This document shows, piece after piece, positions 36,401 through 51,400 of a stretch of DNA of 64,000 nt (position 1 is its first letter; the number at the start of each line of letters is the position of its first letter). The stretch lies in assembly GCA_026770705.1 (NCBI GenBank), contig JANJGN010000016.1, positions 88,474,001-88,538,000 of the forward strand. The letters run 5' to 3'. The notes beneath the pieces are model-generated. The model saw only the letters and a program-made list of their open reading frames with translations, was not told the DNA's origin and ran no database searches. Position numbers and translations under genes: made by a program. The DNA is from Isurus oxyrinchus (taxonomy: Eukaryota).

Positions 36401-39400
36401 TTAGTGACAGAGTGACCCCGCGCTGCATTAGTGACAGTGACCCCGCGCTGTGTTAGTGACAGAATGACACTGCACTGTGTTAGTGACAGAGTTACCCTGC
36501 GCTGTGTTAGTGACAGAGTTACCCCGCGCTGTGTTAGTGACAGAGTGACCTCGCGCTGCGTTAGTGACAAAGTGACCCTGTGCTGAGTTAATGACAGAGT
36601 GACCCCGCGCTGTGTTAGTGACAGAGTGACTCTGTGCTGTGTTAGTGACAGAGTGACTCCGAGCTGTGTTAGTGACAGAGTGACCCTGCGCTGTGTTAGT
36701 GACAGAGTTGCCCTGCACGGCGTTAGTGACAGAGTTACCCCGCGCTGCGTTGGTGACAGAGTGACCCTGTGCTGTGTTAGTGACAGAGTGACCCTGCGCT
36801 GCTTTAGTGACAGAGTGACCATGCGCTCTGTTATTGACATAGTTACCCGCGCTTTTTTAGTGACAGAGTGACCCCGCGCTGTGTTAGTGACAGAGTGACC
36901 TCGCGCTGCGTTAATGACAGAGTGACCCTGCGCTGTGTTAGTGACAGAGTGACCCTGCGCTGTGTTATTGACAGAGCGAACCTGCGCTGTATCAGCGTAC
37001 GAGTGACCCTGCGCTGTGTTAGTGACAGAGTGACCCTGCGCTGTGTTAGTGACAGAGTGAGCCTGCACTGTGTTTGTTTCAGAGTGACCCTGCGCTGTGT
37101 TAGTGACAGATTGACACTCCACTGTGTTAGTGACAGAGTGACCCTGCGCGGCGTTAGTGACAGAGTGACTCTGCGTTGTGTTAGTGACAGAGTGACTCCG
37201 AGCTGTGTTAGTGACAGAGTGACCCTGCGCTGTGTTAATGACAGAGTAACCCTGCACGGTGTTAGTGAAAGAGTTACCCCGCGCTGCGTTAGTGACAGAG
37301 TGACCCTGCGCTGTGTTAGTGACAGAGTGGCCCTGCACTGCGTTAGTGACAGTTACCCCGTGCTGTGTTAGTGACAGAGTGCCCCTGCGCTGCGTTAGTG
37401 ACAGAGTGACCCTGCGCTGTGTAAGTGACAGAGTGACCCTGCGCTGCGTTAGTGAGAGTGACCGCATGCTGCGTTAGTGCCAGAGTGACCCTGCGCTGTG
37501 TTAGTGACAGAGTGACCCTGTGCTGCATTAGTGACAGAGTGACCCCACGCTATGTTAGTGATGGAGTGACTCCGCGCTGTGTCAGTGACAGAGTGACCCT
37601 GCGCTGAGTTAGTGACAGAGTGACCTCGCGCTGCATTAGTGATGGAGTTACCCCGCGCTGCGTTAGTGACAAAGTGACCCTGCGCTGCGTTAGTGACAGA
37701 ATTAACCTTCGCTGCGTTAGTGACAGAGTTACCCTTCACTGCGTTAGTGACAGAGTAACCCTGCGCTGTGTTAGTGACACAGCTACCCCGCGCTGCGTTA
37801 GTGACAGAGTTACCCTGCGCTGTGTTAGTGACAGAGTTACCCTTCGCTGCGTTAGTGACAGAGTGACCCTGTGCTGAGTTAATGACAGAGTGACCCCGCG
37901 CTGTGTTAGTGACAGAGTGACTCCGAGCTGTGTTAGTGACAGAGTGACCCTGCGCTGTGTTAATGACAGATGACCCTGCACGGCGTTAGTGACAGAGTTA
38001 CCCCGCGCTGCGTTGGTGACAGAGTGACGCTGTGCTGTGTTAGTTACAGAGTGACCCTGCACTGCTTTAGTGACAGAGTGACTATGCGCTCTGTTATTGA
38101 CATAGTTACCCGCGCTGCGTTAGTGACAGAGTGACCCCGCGCTGTGTTAGTGACAGAGTGACCTCGCGCTGCGTTATTGACAGAGTGACCCTGCGCTGTG
38201 TTAGTGACAGAGTGACCCTGCGCTGTGTTAGTGACAGAGCGACCCTGCGCTGTATCAGCGTAAGAGTGACCCTGCGCTGTGTTAGTGACAGAGTGAGCCT
38301 GCACTGTGTTTGTTTCAGAGTGACCCTGCGCTGTGTTAGTGACAGATTGACACTGCACTGTGTTAGTGACAGAGTGACCCCGCGCTGTGTTAGTGACAGA
38401 GTGACCCGGCGCTGTGTGAGTGACAGAGTGACCCTGTGCTGTGTTAGTGACAGAGTGACCCTGTGCTGTGTTAGTGACAGAGTGCACCTGCGCGGCGTTA
38501 GTGACAAAGTTACCCTGTGCTGTTTTAGTGACATTGTGACTCCGCGCTGTGTTAGTGACAGAGTGAGTCTGCGCTGTGTTAGTGACAGAGTGTCTCCGAG
38601 CTGTGTTAGTGACACAGTGACCCTGTGCTGCATTATTGACAGAGTGACCCTGCGCTGTGTTAGTGACAGAGTGACCCTGCGCTGTGTTAATGACAGAGTG
38701 ACCCTGCGTTGTGTTAGTGACAGAGTGAGCCTGTGCGGTGTTAGTGACATAGTGACCATGCGCTCTGTTAGTGACTGAGTTGCCCGCACTGTGTTAGTGA
38801 CAGAGTGACCTCGTGCTGCGTTAGTGATGGAGTTACCCCGCGCTGTGTAAGTGACAGAGTGACCTCGCGCTGCGTTAGTGACTGAGTTGCCCGCGCTGCG
38901 TTAGTGACAGAATGACCCCGCGCTGTGTTAGTGACAGAGTGACCTCGCGCTGTGTTAGTGACAGAGTGACCCCGCGCTGCGTTAGTGACAGAGCGACCCT
39001 GCGCTGTGTTAGTGACAGAGTGACCCTGCGCTGTGTTAGTAACATAGCTACCCCGCGTTGCGTTAGTGACAGAGTTACCCTTCGCTGTGTTAATGACAGA
39101 GTAACCCTGCGCGGCATTAGTGAAAGAGTGACCCTGCACAGTGTTTGTGACAGAATGACACTGCACTGTGTTAGTGAGAGAGTGACCCTGCGCTGTGTTC
39201 GTGACAGAGTTACCCCGCACTGTGTTAGTGACAGAGTGACCTCGCGCTGCGTTAGTGACAGAGTGACCCTGTGCTGAGTTAATGACAGAGTGACCCCGCG
39301 CTGTGTTAGTGACAGAGTGACTCCGAGCTGTGTTAGTGACAGAGTGACCCTGCGCTGTGTTAATGACAGATCGACCCTGCACGGCGTTAGTGACAGAGTT

Positions 39401-42400
39401 ACCCCGCGCTGCGTTGGTGACAGAGTGACGCTGTGCTGTGTTAGTGACAGAGTGACCCTGCGCTGCTTTAGTGACAGAGTGACCATGCGCTCTGTTATTG
39501 ACATAGGTACCCGCGCTGCGTTAGTGACAGAGTGACCCCGCGCTGTGTTAGTGACAGAGTGACCCTGCGCTGTGTTAGTGACAGAGTGAGCCTGCACTGT
39601 GTTTGTTTCAGAGTGACCCTGCGCTGTGTTAGTGACAGATTGACACGGCACTGTGTTAGTGACAGAGTGACCCTGCGCGGCGTTAGTGACAGAGTGACCC
39701 GGCGCTGTGTGAGTGACAGAGTGACCCTGTGCTGTGTTAGTGACAGAGTGACACTGTGCTGTGTTAGTGACAGAGTGCCCCTGCGCTGCGTTAGTGACAG
39801 AGTGACCCTGTGCTGCGTTAGTGACAGAGTTACCCTTTGCTGTGTTAATGACAGAGTAACCCTGCGCGGCATTAGTGACAGAGTGACCCTGCACGGTGTT
39901 TGTGACAGAGTGAGCCTGCACTGTGTTTGTTTCAGAGTGACCCTGCGCTGTGTTAGTGACAGATTGACACTGCACTGTGTTAGTGACAGAGTGACCCTGC
40001 GCGGCGTTAGTGACAGAGTGACTCTGCGTTGTGTTAGTGACAGAGTGACTCCGAGCTGTGTTAGTGACAGAGTGACCCTGCGCTGTGTTAATGACAGAGT
40101 GACCCTGCACGGTGTTAGTGAAAGAGTTACCCCGTGCTGCGTTAGTGACAGAGTGCCCCTGCGCTGCGTTAGTGACAGAGTGACCCTGCGCTGTGCAAGT
40201 GACAGAGTGACCCTGCGCTGCGTTAGTGAGAGTGACCGCATGATGCGTTAGTGACAGAGTGACGCTGCGCTGTGTTAGTGACAGAGTGACCCTGTGCTGC
40301 ATTAGTGACAGAGTGACCCCACGCTATGTTAGTGATGGAGTGACTCCGCGCTGTGTCAGTGACAGAGTGACCCTGCGCTGTGTTAGTGACAGAGTGACCT
40401 CGCGCTGCATGAGTGATGGAGTTACCCCGCGCTGCGTTAGTGACAGAGCGTCCCTGCGCTGTGTTAGTGACAAAGTCACCCTGCGCTGCGTTAGTGACAG
40501 AGTTACCCTTCGCTGCGTTAGTGACAGAGTTACCCTTCACTGCGTTAGTGACAGAGTTACCCTTCGCTGCGTTAGTGATACAGTGACCCTGCGCTGTGTT
40601 AATGACAGAGTAACCCTGCGCGGCATTAGTGACAGAGTGACCCTGCATTGTATCAGTGACAGAGTGACCCACGCTGCATCAGTGGAAGAGCGAACCTGCA
40701 CGGCGTTAGTGACAGAGCGACCCTGCGCTGTATCAGCGTAAGACTGACACTGCACTGTGTTAGTGACAGAATGACACTGCACTGTGTTAGTGAGAGAGTG
40801 ACCCTGTGCTGTGTTAGTGACAGAGTTACCCTGCGCTGTGTTAGTGACAGAGTGACCCTGCGCTGTGTTAGTGACAGAGTGACACTGCGCTGTGTTAGTG
40901 ACAGAGTGACCCCGCGCTGTGTTAGTGACAGAGTGACCCGGCGCTGTGTGAGTGACAGAGTGACCCTGTGCTGTGTTAGTGACAGAGTGACCCTGTGCTG
41001 TGTTAGTGACAGAGTGCACCTGCGCGGCATTAGTGACAAAGTTACACTGTGCTGTTTTAGTGACAGTGTGACTCCGCGCTGTGTTAGTGATAGAGTGAGT
41101 CTGCGCTGTGTTAGTGACAGAGTGACCATGCGCTGTGTTAATGGCAGAGAGTCCCTGCGCTGTGTTAGTGACAGAGTGAGCCTGTGCGGTGTTAGTGACA
41201 TAGTGACCATGCGCTCTGTTAGTGACTGAGTTGCCCGTGCTGCGTTAGTGACAGAATGACCCCGCGCTGTGTTAGTGACAGAGTGACCTCGCGCTACGTT
41301 AGTGATGGAGTTACCCCGCGCTGCGTTAGTGACAGAGCGACCCTGCGCTGTGTTAGTGACAGAGTGACCCTGCGCTGTGTTAGTGACAGAGTTACCCTTC
41401 GCTGCGTTAGTGACAGAGTTACCCTTCGCTGCGTTAGTGACAGAGTAACCCTGCGCTGTGTTAGTAACATAGCTACCCCGCGCTGCGTTAGTGACAGAGT
41501 TACCCTGCGCTCCGTTAGTGACAGAGTTACCCTTCGCTGCGTTAGTGACAGAGTGACCCTGCGCTGTGTTAGTGACAGAGTGACCCTGCGCTGTGTTCGT
41601 GACAGAGTGACCCTGCACTGTGTTAGTGACAGAGTGACCCCGCGCTGCATTAGTGACAGTGACCCCGCGCTGTGTTAGTGACAGAATGACACTGCACTGT
41701 GTTAGTGACAGAGTTACCCTGCGCTGTGTTAGTGACAGAGTTACCCCGCGCTGTGTTAGTGACAGAGTGACCTCGCGCTGCGTTAGTGACAGAGTGACCC
41801 TGTGCTGAGTTAATGACAGAGTGACCCCGCGCTGTGTTAGTGACAGAGTGACTCTGTGCTGTGTTAGTGACAGAGTGACTCCGAGCTGTGTTAGTGACAG
41901 AGTGACGCTGCGCTGTGTTAGTGACAGAGTTGCCCTGCACGGCGTTAGTGACAGAATGACACTGCACAGTGTTTGTGACAGAATGACACTGCACTGTGTT
42001 AGTGACAGAGTTACCCTGCGCTGTGTTAGTGACAGAGTTACCCCGCGCTGTGTTAGTGACAGAGTGACCTCGCGCTGCGTTAGTGACAGAGTGACCCTGT
42101 GCTGAGTTAATGACAGAGTGACTCCGCGCTGTGTTAGTGACAGAGTGACTCCGAGCTGTGTTAGTGACAGAGTGACCCTGCGCTGTGTTAATGACAGATG
42201 ACCCTGCACGGCGTTAGTGACAGAGTTACCCCGCGCTGCGTTGGTGACAGAGTGACGCTGTGCTGTTTTAGTGACAGAGTGACCCTGCGCTGTCTTAATG
42301 ACAGTGTGACCCTGCACGGTGTTAGTGAAAGAGTTACCCCGCGCTGCGTGAGTGACAGAGTGACCCTGCGCTGTGTTAGTGACAGAGTGGCCCTGCACTG

Positions 42401-45400
42401 CGTTAGTGACAGTTACCCCGTGCTGTGTTAGTGACAGAGTGCCCCTGCGCTGCGTTAGTGACAGAGTGACCCTGCGCTGTGTAAGTGACAGAGTGACCCT
42501 GCGCTGCGTTAGTGAGAGTGACCGCATGCTGCGTTAGTGACAGAGTGACCCTGCGCTGTGTTAGTGACAGAGTGACCCTGTGCTGCATTAGTGACAGAGT
42601 GACCCCATGCTATGTTAGTGATGGAGTGACTCCGCGCTGTGTCAGTGACAGAGTGACCCTGCGCTGTGTTAGTGACAGAGTGACCTCGTGCTGCATTAGT
42701 GATGGAGTTACCCCGCGCTGCGTTAGTGACAGAGCGTCCCTGCGCTGTGTTAGTGACAAAGTGACCCTGCGCTGCGTTAGTGACAGAGTTACCCTTTGCT
42801 GCGTTAGTGACAGAGCGACCCTGCGCTGTGTTAGTGACAGAGTGACCCTGCGCTGTGTTAGTGACAGAGTTACCCTTCGCTGCGTTAGTGACAGAGTTAC
42901 CCTTCGCTGCGTTAGTGACAGAGTAACCCTGCGCTGTGTTAGTAACATAGCTACCCCGTGCTGCGTTAGTGACGGAGTTACCCTGCGCTGCGTTAGTGAC
43001 AGAGTTACCCTTCGCTGCGTTAGTGACAGAGTAACCCTGCGCTGTGTTAATGACAGAGTAACCCTGCGCTGTGTTCGTGACAGAGTGACCCAGCACTGTG
43101 TTAGTGACAGAGTGACCCCGCGCTGCATTAGTGACAGTGACCCCGCGCTGTGTTAGTGACAGAATGACACTGCACTGTGTTAGTGACAGAGTTACCCTGC
43201 GCTGTGTTAGTGACAGAGTTACCCCGCGCTGTGTTAGTGACAGAGTGACCTCGCGCTGCGTTAGTGACAAAGTGACCCTGTGCTGAGTTAATGACAGAGT
43301 GACCCCGCGCTGTGTTAGTGACAGAGTGACTCTGTGCTGTGTTAGTGACAGAGTGACTCCGAGCTGTGTTAGTGACACGGCTACCCCGCGCTGCGTTAGT
43401 GACAGAGTTACCCTGCGCTGTGTTAGTGACAGAGTTACCCTTCGCTGCGTTAGTGATAGAGTGACCCTGCGCTGTGTTAATGACAGAGTAACCCTGCGCG
43501 GCATTAGTGACAGAGTGACCCTGCATTGTGTTAGTGACAGAGTGACCCATGCTGTGTAAATGACAGAGTGACCCTGCACTGTGTTAGTGACAGAGTGACC
43601 CTGCGCTGAGTTAGTGACAGAGTGACCCCGCGCTGTGTTAGTCAAAGAGTGTCCCCGCGCTGTGTTAGTGACAGAGCGATCACGCGCTGCATCAGTGGAA
43701 GAGCGAACCTGCAAGGCGTTAGTGACAGAGCGACCCTGCGCTGTATCAGCGTAAGAGTGACACTGCACTGTGTTAGTGACAGAATGACACTGCACTGTGT
43801 TAGTGACAGAGTGACCCCACGCTGTGTTAGTGACAGAGTGACCCCGCGCTGTGTGAGTGACAGAGTGACCCTGTGCTGTGTGAGTGACAGAGTGACCCTG
43901 TGCTGTGTTAGTGACAGAGTGACCCTGTGCTGTGTTAGTGACAGAGTGCACCTGCGCGGCATTAGTGACAAAGTTACCCTGTGCTGTTTTAGTGACAGTG
44001 TGACTCCGCGCTGTGTTAGTGACAGAGTGAGTCTGCGCTGTGTTAGTGACAGAGTGACTCCGAGCTGTGTTAGTGACAGTGTGACCCTGTGCTGTGTTAA
44101 TGACAGAGTTACCCTGCGCTGTGTTAGTGACAGAGTGACCCTGTGCTGTGTTAATGACAGAGAGTCCCTGCGCTGTGTTAGTGACAGAGTGAGCCTGTGC
44201 GGTGTTAGTGACATAGTGACCATGCGCTCTGTTAGTGACTGAGTTGCCCGTGCTGCGTTAGTGACAGAATGACCCCGCGCTGTGTTAGTGACAGAGTGAC
44301 CTCGCGCTGCGTTAGTGATGGAGTTACCCCGCGCTGCGTTAGTGACAGAGCGACCCTGCGCTGTGTTAGTGACAGAGTGACCCTGCGCTGTGTTAGTGAC
44401 AGAGTTACCCTTCGCTGCGTTAGTGACAGAGTTACCCTTCGCTGCGTTAGTGACAGAGTAACCCTGCGCTGTGTTAGTAACATAGCTACCCCGTGCTGCG
44501 TTAGTGACGGAGTTACCCTGCGCTGCGTTAGTGACAGAGTTACCCTTCGCTGCGTTAGTGACAGAGTAACCCTGCGCTGTGTTAATGACAGAGTAACCCT
44601 GCGCTGTGTTCGTGACAGAGTGACCCAGCACTGTGTTAGTGACAGAGTGACCCCGCGCTGCATTAGTGACAGTGACCCCGCGCTGTGTTAGTGACAGAAT
44701 GACACTGCACTGTGTTAGTGACAGAGTTACCCTGCGCTGTGTTAGTGACAGAGTTACCCCGCGCTGTGTTAGTGACAGAGTGACCTCGCGCTGCGTTAGT
44801 GACAAAGTGACCCTGTGCTGAGTTAATGACAGAGTGACCCCGCGCTGTGTTAGTGACAGAGTGACTCTGTGCTGTGTTAGTGACAGAGTGACTCCGAGCT
44901 GTGTTAGTGACAGAGTGACCCTGCGCTGTGTTAGTGACAGAGTTGCCCTGCACGGCGTTAGTGACAGAGTTACCCCGTGCTGCGTTGGTGACAGAGTGAC
45001 CCTGTGCTGTGTTAGTGACAGAGTGACCCTGCGCTGCTTTAGTGACAGAGTGACCATGCGCTCTGTTATTGACATAGTTACCCGCGCTTTTTTAGTGACA
45101 GAGTGACCCCGCGCTGTGTTAGTGACAGAGTGACCTCGCGCTGCGTTAATGACAGAGTGACCCTGCGCTGTGTTAGTGACAGAGTGACCCTGCGCTGTGT
45201 TATTGACAGAGCGAACCTGCGCTGTATCAGCGTACGAGTGACCCTGCGCTGTGTTAGTGACAGAGTGACCCTGCGCTGTGTTAGTGACAGAGTGAGCCTG
45301 CACTGTGTTTGTTTCAGAGTGACCCTGCGCTGTGTTAGTGACAGATTGACACTGCACTGTGTTAGTGACAGAGTGACCCTGCGCGGCGTTAGTGACAGAG

Positions 45401-48400
45401 TGACTCTGCGTTGTGTTAGTGACAGAGTGACTCCGAGCTGTGTTAGTGACAGAGTGACCCTGCGCTGTGTTAATGACAGAGTAACCCTGCACGGTGTTAG
45501 TGAAAGAGTTACCCCGCGCTGCGTTAGTGACAGAGTGACCCTGCGCTGTGTTAGTGACAGAGTGGCCCTGCACTGCGTTTGTGACAGTTACCCCGTGCTG
45601 TGTTAGTGACAGAGTGCCCCTGCGCTGCGTTAGTGACAGAGTGACCCTGCGCTGTGTAAGTGACAGAGTGACCCTGCGCTGCGTTAGTGAGAGTGACCGC
45701 ATGCTGCGTTAGTGCCAGAGTGACCCTGCGCTGTGTTAGTGACAGAGTGACCCTGTGCTGCATTAGTGACAGAGTGACCCCACGCTATGTTAGTGATGGA
45801 GTGACTCCGCGCTGTGTCAGTGACAGAGTGACCCTGCGCTGAGTTGGTGACAGAGTGACCTCGCGCTGCATTAGTGATGGAGTTACCCCGCGCTGCGTTA
45901 GTGACAGAGCGACCCTGCGCTGTGTTAGTGACAAAGTGACCCTGCGCTGCGTTAGTGACAGAGCGATCACGCGCTGCATCAGTGGAAGAGCGAACCTGCA
46001 AGGCGTTAGTGACAGAGCGACCCTGCGCTGTATCAGCGTAAGAGTGACACTGCACTGTGTTAGTGACAGAATGACACTGCACTGTGTTAGTGACAGAGTG
46101 ACCCCACGCTGTGTTAGTGACAGAGTGACCCCGCGCTGTGTGAGTGACAGAGTGACCCTGTGCTGTGTGAGTGACAGAGTGACCCTGTGCTGTGTTAGTG
46201 ACAGAGTGACCCTGTGCTGTGTTAGTGACAGAGTGCACCTGCGCGGCATTAGTGACAAAGTTACCCTGTGCTGTTTTAGTGACAGTGTGACTCCGCGCTG
46301 TGTTAGTGACAGAGTGAGTCTGCGCTGTGTTAGTGACAGAGTGACTCCGAGCTGTGTTAGTGACAGTGTGACCCTGTGCTGTGTTAATGACAGAGTTACC
46401 CTGCGCTGTGTTAGTGACAGAGTGACCCTGTGCTGTGTTAATGACAGAGAGTCCCTGCGCTGTGTTAGTGACAGAGTGAGCCTGTGCGGTGTTAGTGACA
46501 TAGTGACCATGCGCTCTGTTAGTGACTGAGTTGCCCGTGCTGCGTTAGTGACAGAATGACCCCGCGCTGTGTTAGTGACAGAGTGACCTCGCGCTTCGTT
46601 AGTGATGGAGTTACCCCGCGCTGCGTTAGTGACAGAGCGACCCTGCGCTGTGTTAGTGACAGAGTGACCCTGCGCTGTGTTAGTGACAGAGTTACCCTTC
46701 GCTGCGTTAGTGACAGAGTTACCCTTCGCTGCGTTAGTGACAGAGTAACCCTGCGCTGTGTTAGTAACATAGCTACCCCGTGCTGCGTTAGTGACGGAGT
46801 TACCCTGCGCTGCGTTAGTGACAGAGTTACCCTTCGCTGCGTTAGTGACAGAGTAACCCTGCGCTGTGTTAATGACAGAGTAACCCTGCGCTGTGTTCGT
46901 GACAGAGTGACCCAGCACTGTGTTAGTGACAGAGTGACCCCGCGCTGCATTAGTGACAGTGACCCCGCGCTGTGTTAGTGACAGAATGACACTGCACTGT
47001 GTTAGTGACAGAGTTACCCTGCGCTGTGTTAGTGACAGAGTTACCCCGCGCTGTGTTAGTGACAGAGTGACCTCGCGCTGCGTTAGTGACAAAGTGACCC
47101 TGTGCTGAGTTAATGACAGAGTGACCCCGCGCTGTGTTAGTGACAGAGTGACTCTGTGCTGTGTTAGTGACAGAGTGACTCCGAGCTGTGTTAGTGACAG
47201 AGTGACCCTGCGCTGTGTTAGTGACAGAGTTGCCCTGCACGGCGTTAGTGACAGAGTTACCCCGTGCTGCGTTGGTGACAGAGTGACCCTGTGCTGTGTT
47301 AGTGACAGAGTGACCCTGCGCTGCTTTAGTGACAGAGTGACCATGCGCTCTGTTATTGACATAGTTACCCGCGCTTTTTTAGTGACAGAGTGACCCCGCG
47401 CTGTGTTAGTGACAGAGTGACCTCGCGCTGCGTTAATGACAGAGTGACCCTGCGCTGTGTTAGTGACAGAGTGACCCTGCGCTGTGTTATTGACAGAGCG
47501 AACCTGCGCTGTATCAGCGTACGAGTGACCCTGCGCTGTGTTAGTGACAGAGTGACCCTGCGCTGTGTTAGTGACAGAGTGAGCCTGCACTGTGTTTGTT
47601 TCAGAGTGACCCTGCGCTGTGTTAGTGACAGATTGACACTGCACTGTGTTAGTGACAGAGTGACCCTGCGCGGCGTTAGTGACAGAGTGACTCTGCGTTG
47701 TGTTAGTGACAGAGTGACTCCGAGCTGTGTTAGTGACAGAGTGACCCTGCGCTGTGTTAATGACAGAGTAACCCTGCACGGTGTTAGTGAAAGAGTTACC
47801 CCGCGCTGCGTTAGTGACAGAGTGACCCTGCGCTGTGTTAGTGACAGAGTGGCCCTGCACTGCGTTTGTGACAGTTACCCCGTGCTGTGTTAGTGACAGA
47901 GTGCCCCTGCGCTGCGTTAGTGACAGAGTGACCCTGCGCTGTGTAAGTGACAGAGTGACCCTGCGCTGCGTTAGTGAGAGTGACCGCATGCTGCGTTAGT
48001 GCCAGAGTGACCCTGCGCTGTGTTAGTGACAGAGTGACCCTGTGCTGCATTAGTGACAGAGTGACCCCACGCTATGTTAGTGATGGAGTGACTCCGCGCT
48101 GTGTCAGTGACAGAGTGACCCTGCGCTGAGTTGGTGACAGAGTGACCTCGCGCTGCATTAGTGATGGAGTTACCCCGCGCTGCGTTAGTGACAGAGCGAC
48201 CCTGCGCTGTGTTAGTGACAAAGTGACCCTGCGCTGCGTTAGTGACAGAATTAACCTTCGCTGCGTTAGTGACAGAGTTACCCTTCACTGCGTTAGTGAC
48301 AGAGTAACCCTGCGCTGTGTTAGTGACACAGCTACCCCGCGCTGCGTTAGTGACAGAGTTACCCTGCGCTGTGTTAGTGACAGAGTTACCCTTCGCTGCG

Positions 48401-51400
48401 TTAGTGACAGAGTGACCCTGTGCTGAGTTAATGACAGAGTGACCCCGCGCTGTGTTAGTGACAGAGTGACTCCGAGCTGTGTTAGTGACAGAGTGACCCT
48501 GCGCTGTGTTAATGACAGATGACCCTGCACGGCGTTAGTGACAGAGTTACCCCGCGCTGCGTTGGTGACAGAGTGACGCTGTGCTGTGTTAGTTACAGAG
48601 TGACCCTGCACTGCTTTAGTGACAGAGTGACTATGCGCTCTGTTATTGACATAGTTACCCGCGCTGCGTTAGTGACAGAGTGACCCCGCGCTGTGTTAGT
48701 GACAGAGTGACCTCGCGCTGCGTTATTGACAGAGTGACCCTGCGCTGTGTTAGTGACAGAGTGACCCTGCGCTGTGTTAGTGACAGAGCGACCCTGCGCT
48801 GTATCAGCGTAAGAGTGACCCTGCGCTGTGTTAGTGACAGAGTGAGCCTGCACTGTGTTTGTTTCAGAGTGACCCTGCGCTGTGTTAGTGACAGATTGAC
48901 ACTGCACTGTGTTAGTGACAGAGTGACCCCGCGCTGTGTTAGTGACAGAGTGACCCGGCGCTGTGTGAGTGACAGAGTGACCCTGTGCTGTGTTAGTGAC
49001 AGAGTGACCCTGTGCTGTGTTAGTGACAGAGTGCACCTGCGCGGCGTTAGTGACAAAGTTACCCTGTGCTGTTTTAGTGACATTGTGACTCCGCGCTGTG
49101 TTAGTGACAGAGTGAGTCTGCGCTGTGTTAGTGACAGAGTGTCTCCGAGCTGTGTTAGTGACACAGTGACCCTGTGCTGCATTATTGACAGAGTGACCCT
49201 GCGCTGTGTTAGTGACAGAGTGACCCTGCGCTGTGTTAATGACAGAGTGACCCTGCGTTGTGTTAGTGACAGAGTGAGCCTGTGCGGTGTTAGTGACATA
49301 GTGACCATGCGCTCTGTTAGTGACTGAGTTGCCCGCACTGTGTTAGTGACAGAGTGACCTCGTGCTGCGTTAGTGATGGAGTTACCCCGCGCTGTGTAAG
49401 TGACAGAGTGACCTCACGCTGCGTTAGTGACTGAGTTGCCCGCGCTGCGTTAGTGACAGAATGACCCCGCGCTGTGTTAGTGACAGAGTGACCTCGCGCT
49501 GTGTTAGTGACAGAGTGACCCCGCGCTGCGTTAGTGACAGAGCGACCCTGCGCTGTGTTAGTGACAGAGTGACCCTGCGCTGTGTTAGTAACATAGCTAC
49601 CCCGCGTTGCGTTAGTGACAGAGTTACCCTTCGCTGTGTTAATGACAGAGTAACCCTGCGCGGCATTAGTGAAAGAGTGACCCTGCACAGTGTTTGTGAC
49701 AGAATGACACTGCACTGTGTTAGTGACAGAGTTACCCTGCGCTGTGTTAGTGACAGAGTTACCCCGCACTGTGTTAGTGACAGAGTGACCTCGCGCTGCG
49801 TTAGTGACAGAGTGACCCTGTGCTGAGTTAATGACAGAGTGACCCCGCGCTGTGTTAGTGACAGAGTGACTCCGAGCTGTGTTAGTGACAGAGTGACCCT
49901 GCGCTGTGTTAATGACAGATCGACCCTGCACGGCGTTAGTGACAGAGTTACCCCGCGCTGCGTTGGTGACAGAGTGACGCTGTGCTGTGTTAGTGACAGA
50001 GTGACCCTGCGCTGCTTTAGTGACAGAGTGACCATGCGCTCTGTTATTGACATAGTTACCCGCGCTGCGTTAGTGACAGAGTGACCCCGCGCTGTGTTAG
50101 TGACAGAGTGACCCTGCGCTGTGTTAGTGACAGAGTGAGCCTGCACTGTGTTTGTTTCAGAGTGACCCTGCGCTGTGTTAGTGACAGATTGACACGGCAC
50201 TGTGTTAGTGACAGAGTGACCCTGCGCGGCGTTAGTGACAGAGTGACCCGGCGCTGTGTGAGTGACAGAGTGACCCTGTGCTGTGTTAGTGACAGAGTGA
50301 CACTGTGCTGTGTTAGTGACAGAGTGCCCCTGCGCTGCGTTAGTGACAGAGTGACCCTGTGCTGCGTTAGTGACAGAGTTACCCTTTGCTGTGTTAATGA
50401 CAGAGTAACCCTGCGCGGCATTAGTGACAGAGTGACCCTGCACAGTGTTTGTGACAGAGTGAGCCTGCACTGTGTTTGTTTCAGAGTGACCCTGCGCTGT
50501 GTTAGTGACAGATTGACACTGCACTGTGTTAGTGACAGAGTGACCCTGCGCGGCGTTAGTGACAGAGTGACTCTGCGTTGTGTTAGTGACAGAGTGACTC
50601 TGAGCTGTGTTAGTGACAGAGTGACCCTGCGCTGTGTTAATGACAGAGTGACCCTGCACGGTGTTAGTGAAAGAGTTACCCCGTGCTGCGTTAGTGACAG
50701 AGTGACCCTGCGCTGTGTTAGTGACAGAGTGGCCCTGCACTGCGTTAGTGACAGTTACCCCGTGCTGTGTTAGTGACAGAGTGCCCCTGCGCTGCGTTAG
50801 TGACAGAGTGACCCTGCGCTGTGTAAGTGACAGAGTGACCCTGCGCTGCGTTAGTGAGAGTGACCGCATGATGCGTTAGTGACAGAGTGACGCTGCGCTG
50901 TGTTAGTGACAGAGTGACCCTGTGCTGCATTAGTGACAGAGTGACCCCACGCTATGTTAGTGATGGAGTGACTCCGCGCTGTGTCAGTGACAGAGTGACC
51001 CTGCGCTGTGTTAGTGACAGAGTGACCTCGCGCTGCATGAGTGATGGAGTTACCCCGCGCTGCGTTAGTGACAGAGCGTCCCTGCGCTGTGTTAGTGACA
51101 AAGTGACCCTGCGCTGCGTTAGTGACAGAGTTACCCTTCGCTGCGTTAGTGACAGAGTTACCCTTCACTGCGTTAGTGACAGAGTTACCCTTCGCTGCGT
51201 TAGTGATAGAGTGACCCTGCGCTGTGTTAATGACAGAGTAACCCTGCGCGGCATTAGTGACAGAGTGACCCTGCATTGTATCAGTGACAGAGTGACCCAC
51301 GCTGCATCAGTGGAAGAGCGAACCTGCACGGCGTTAGTGACAGCGCGACCCTGCGCTGTATCAGCGTAAGACTGACACTGCACTGTGTTAGTGACAGAAT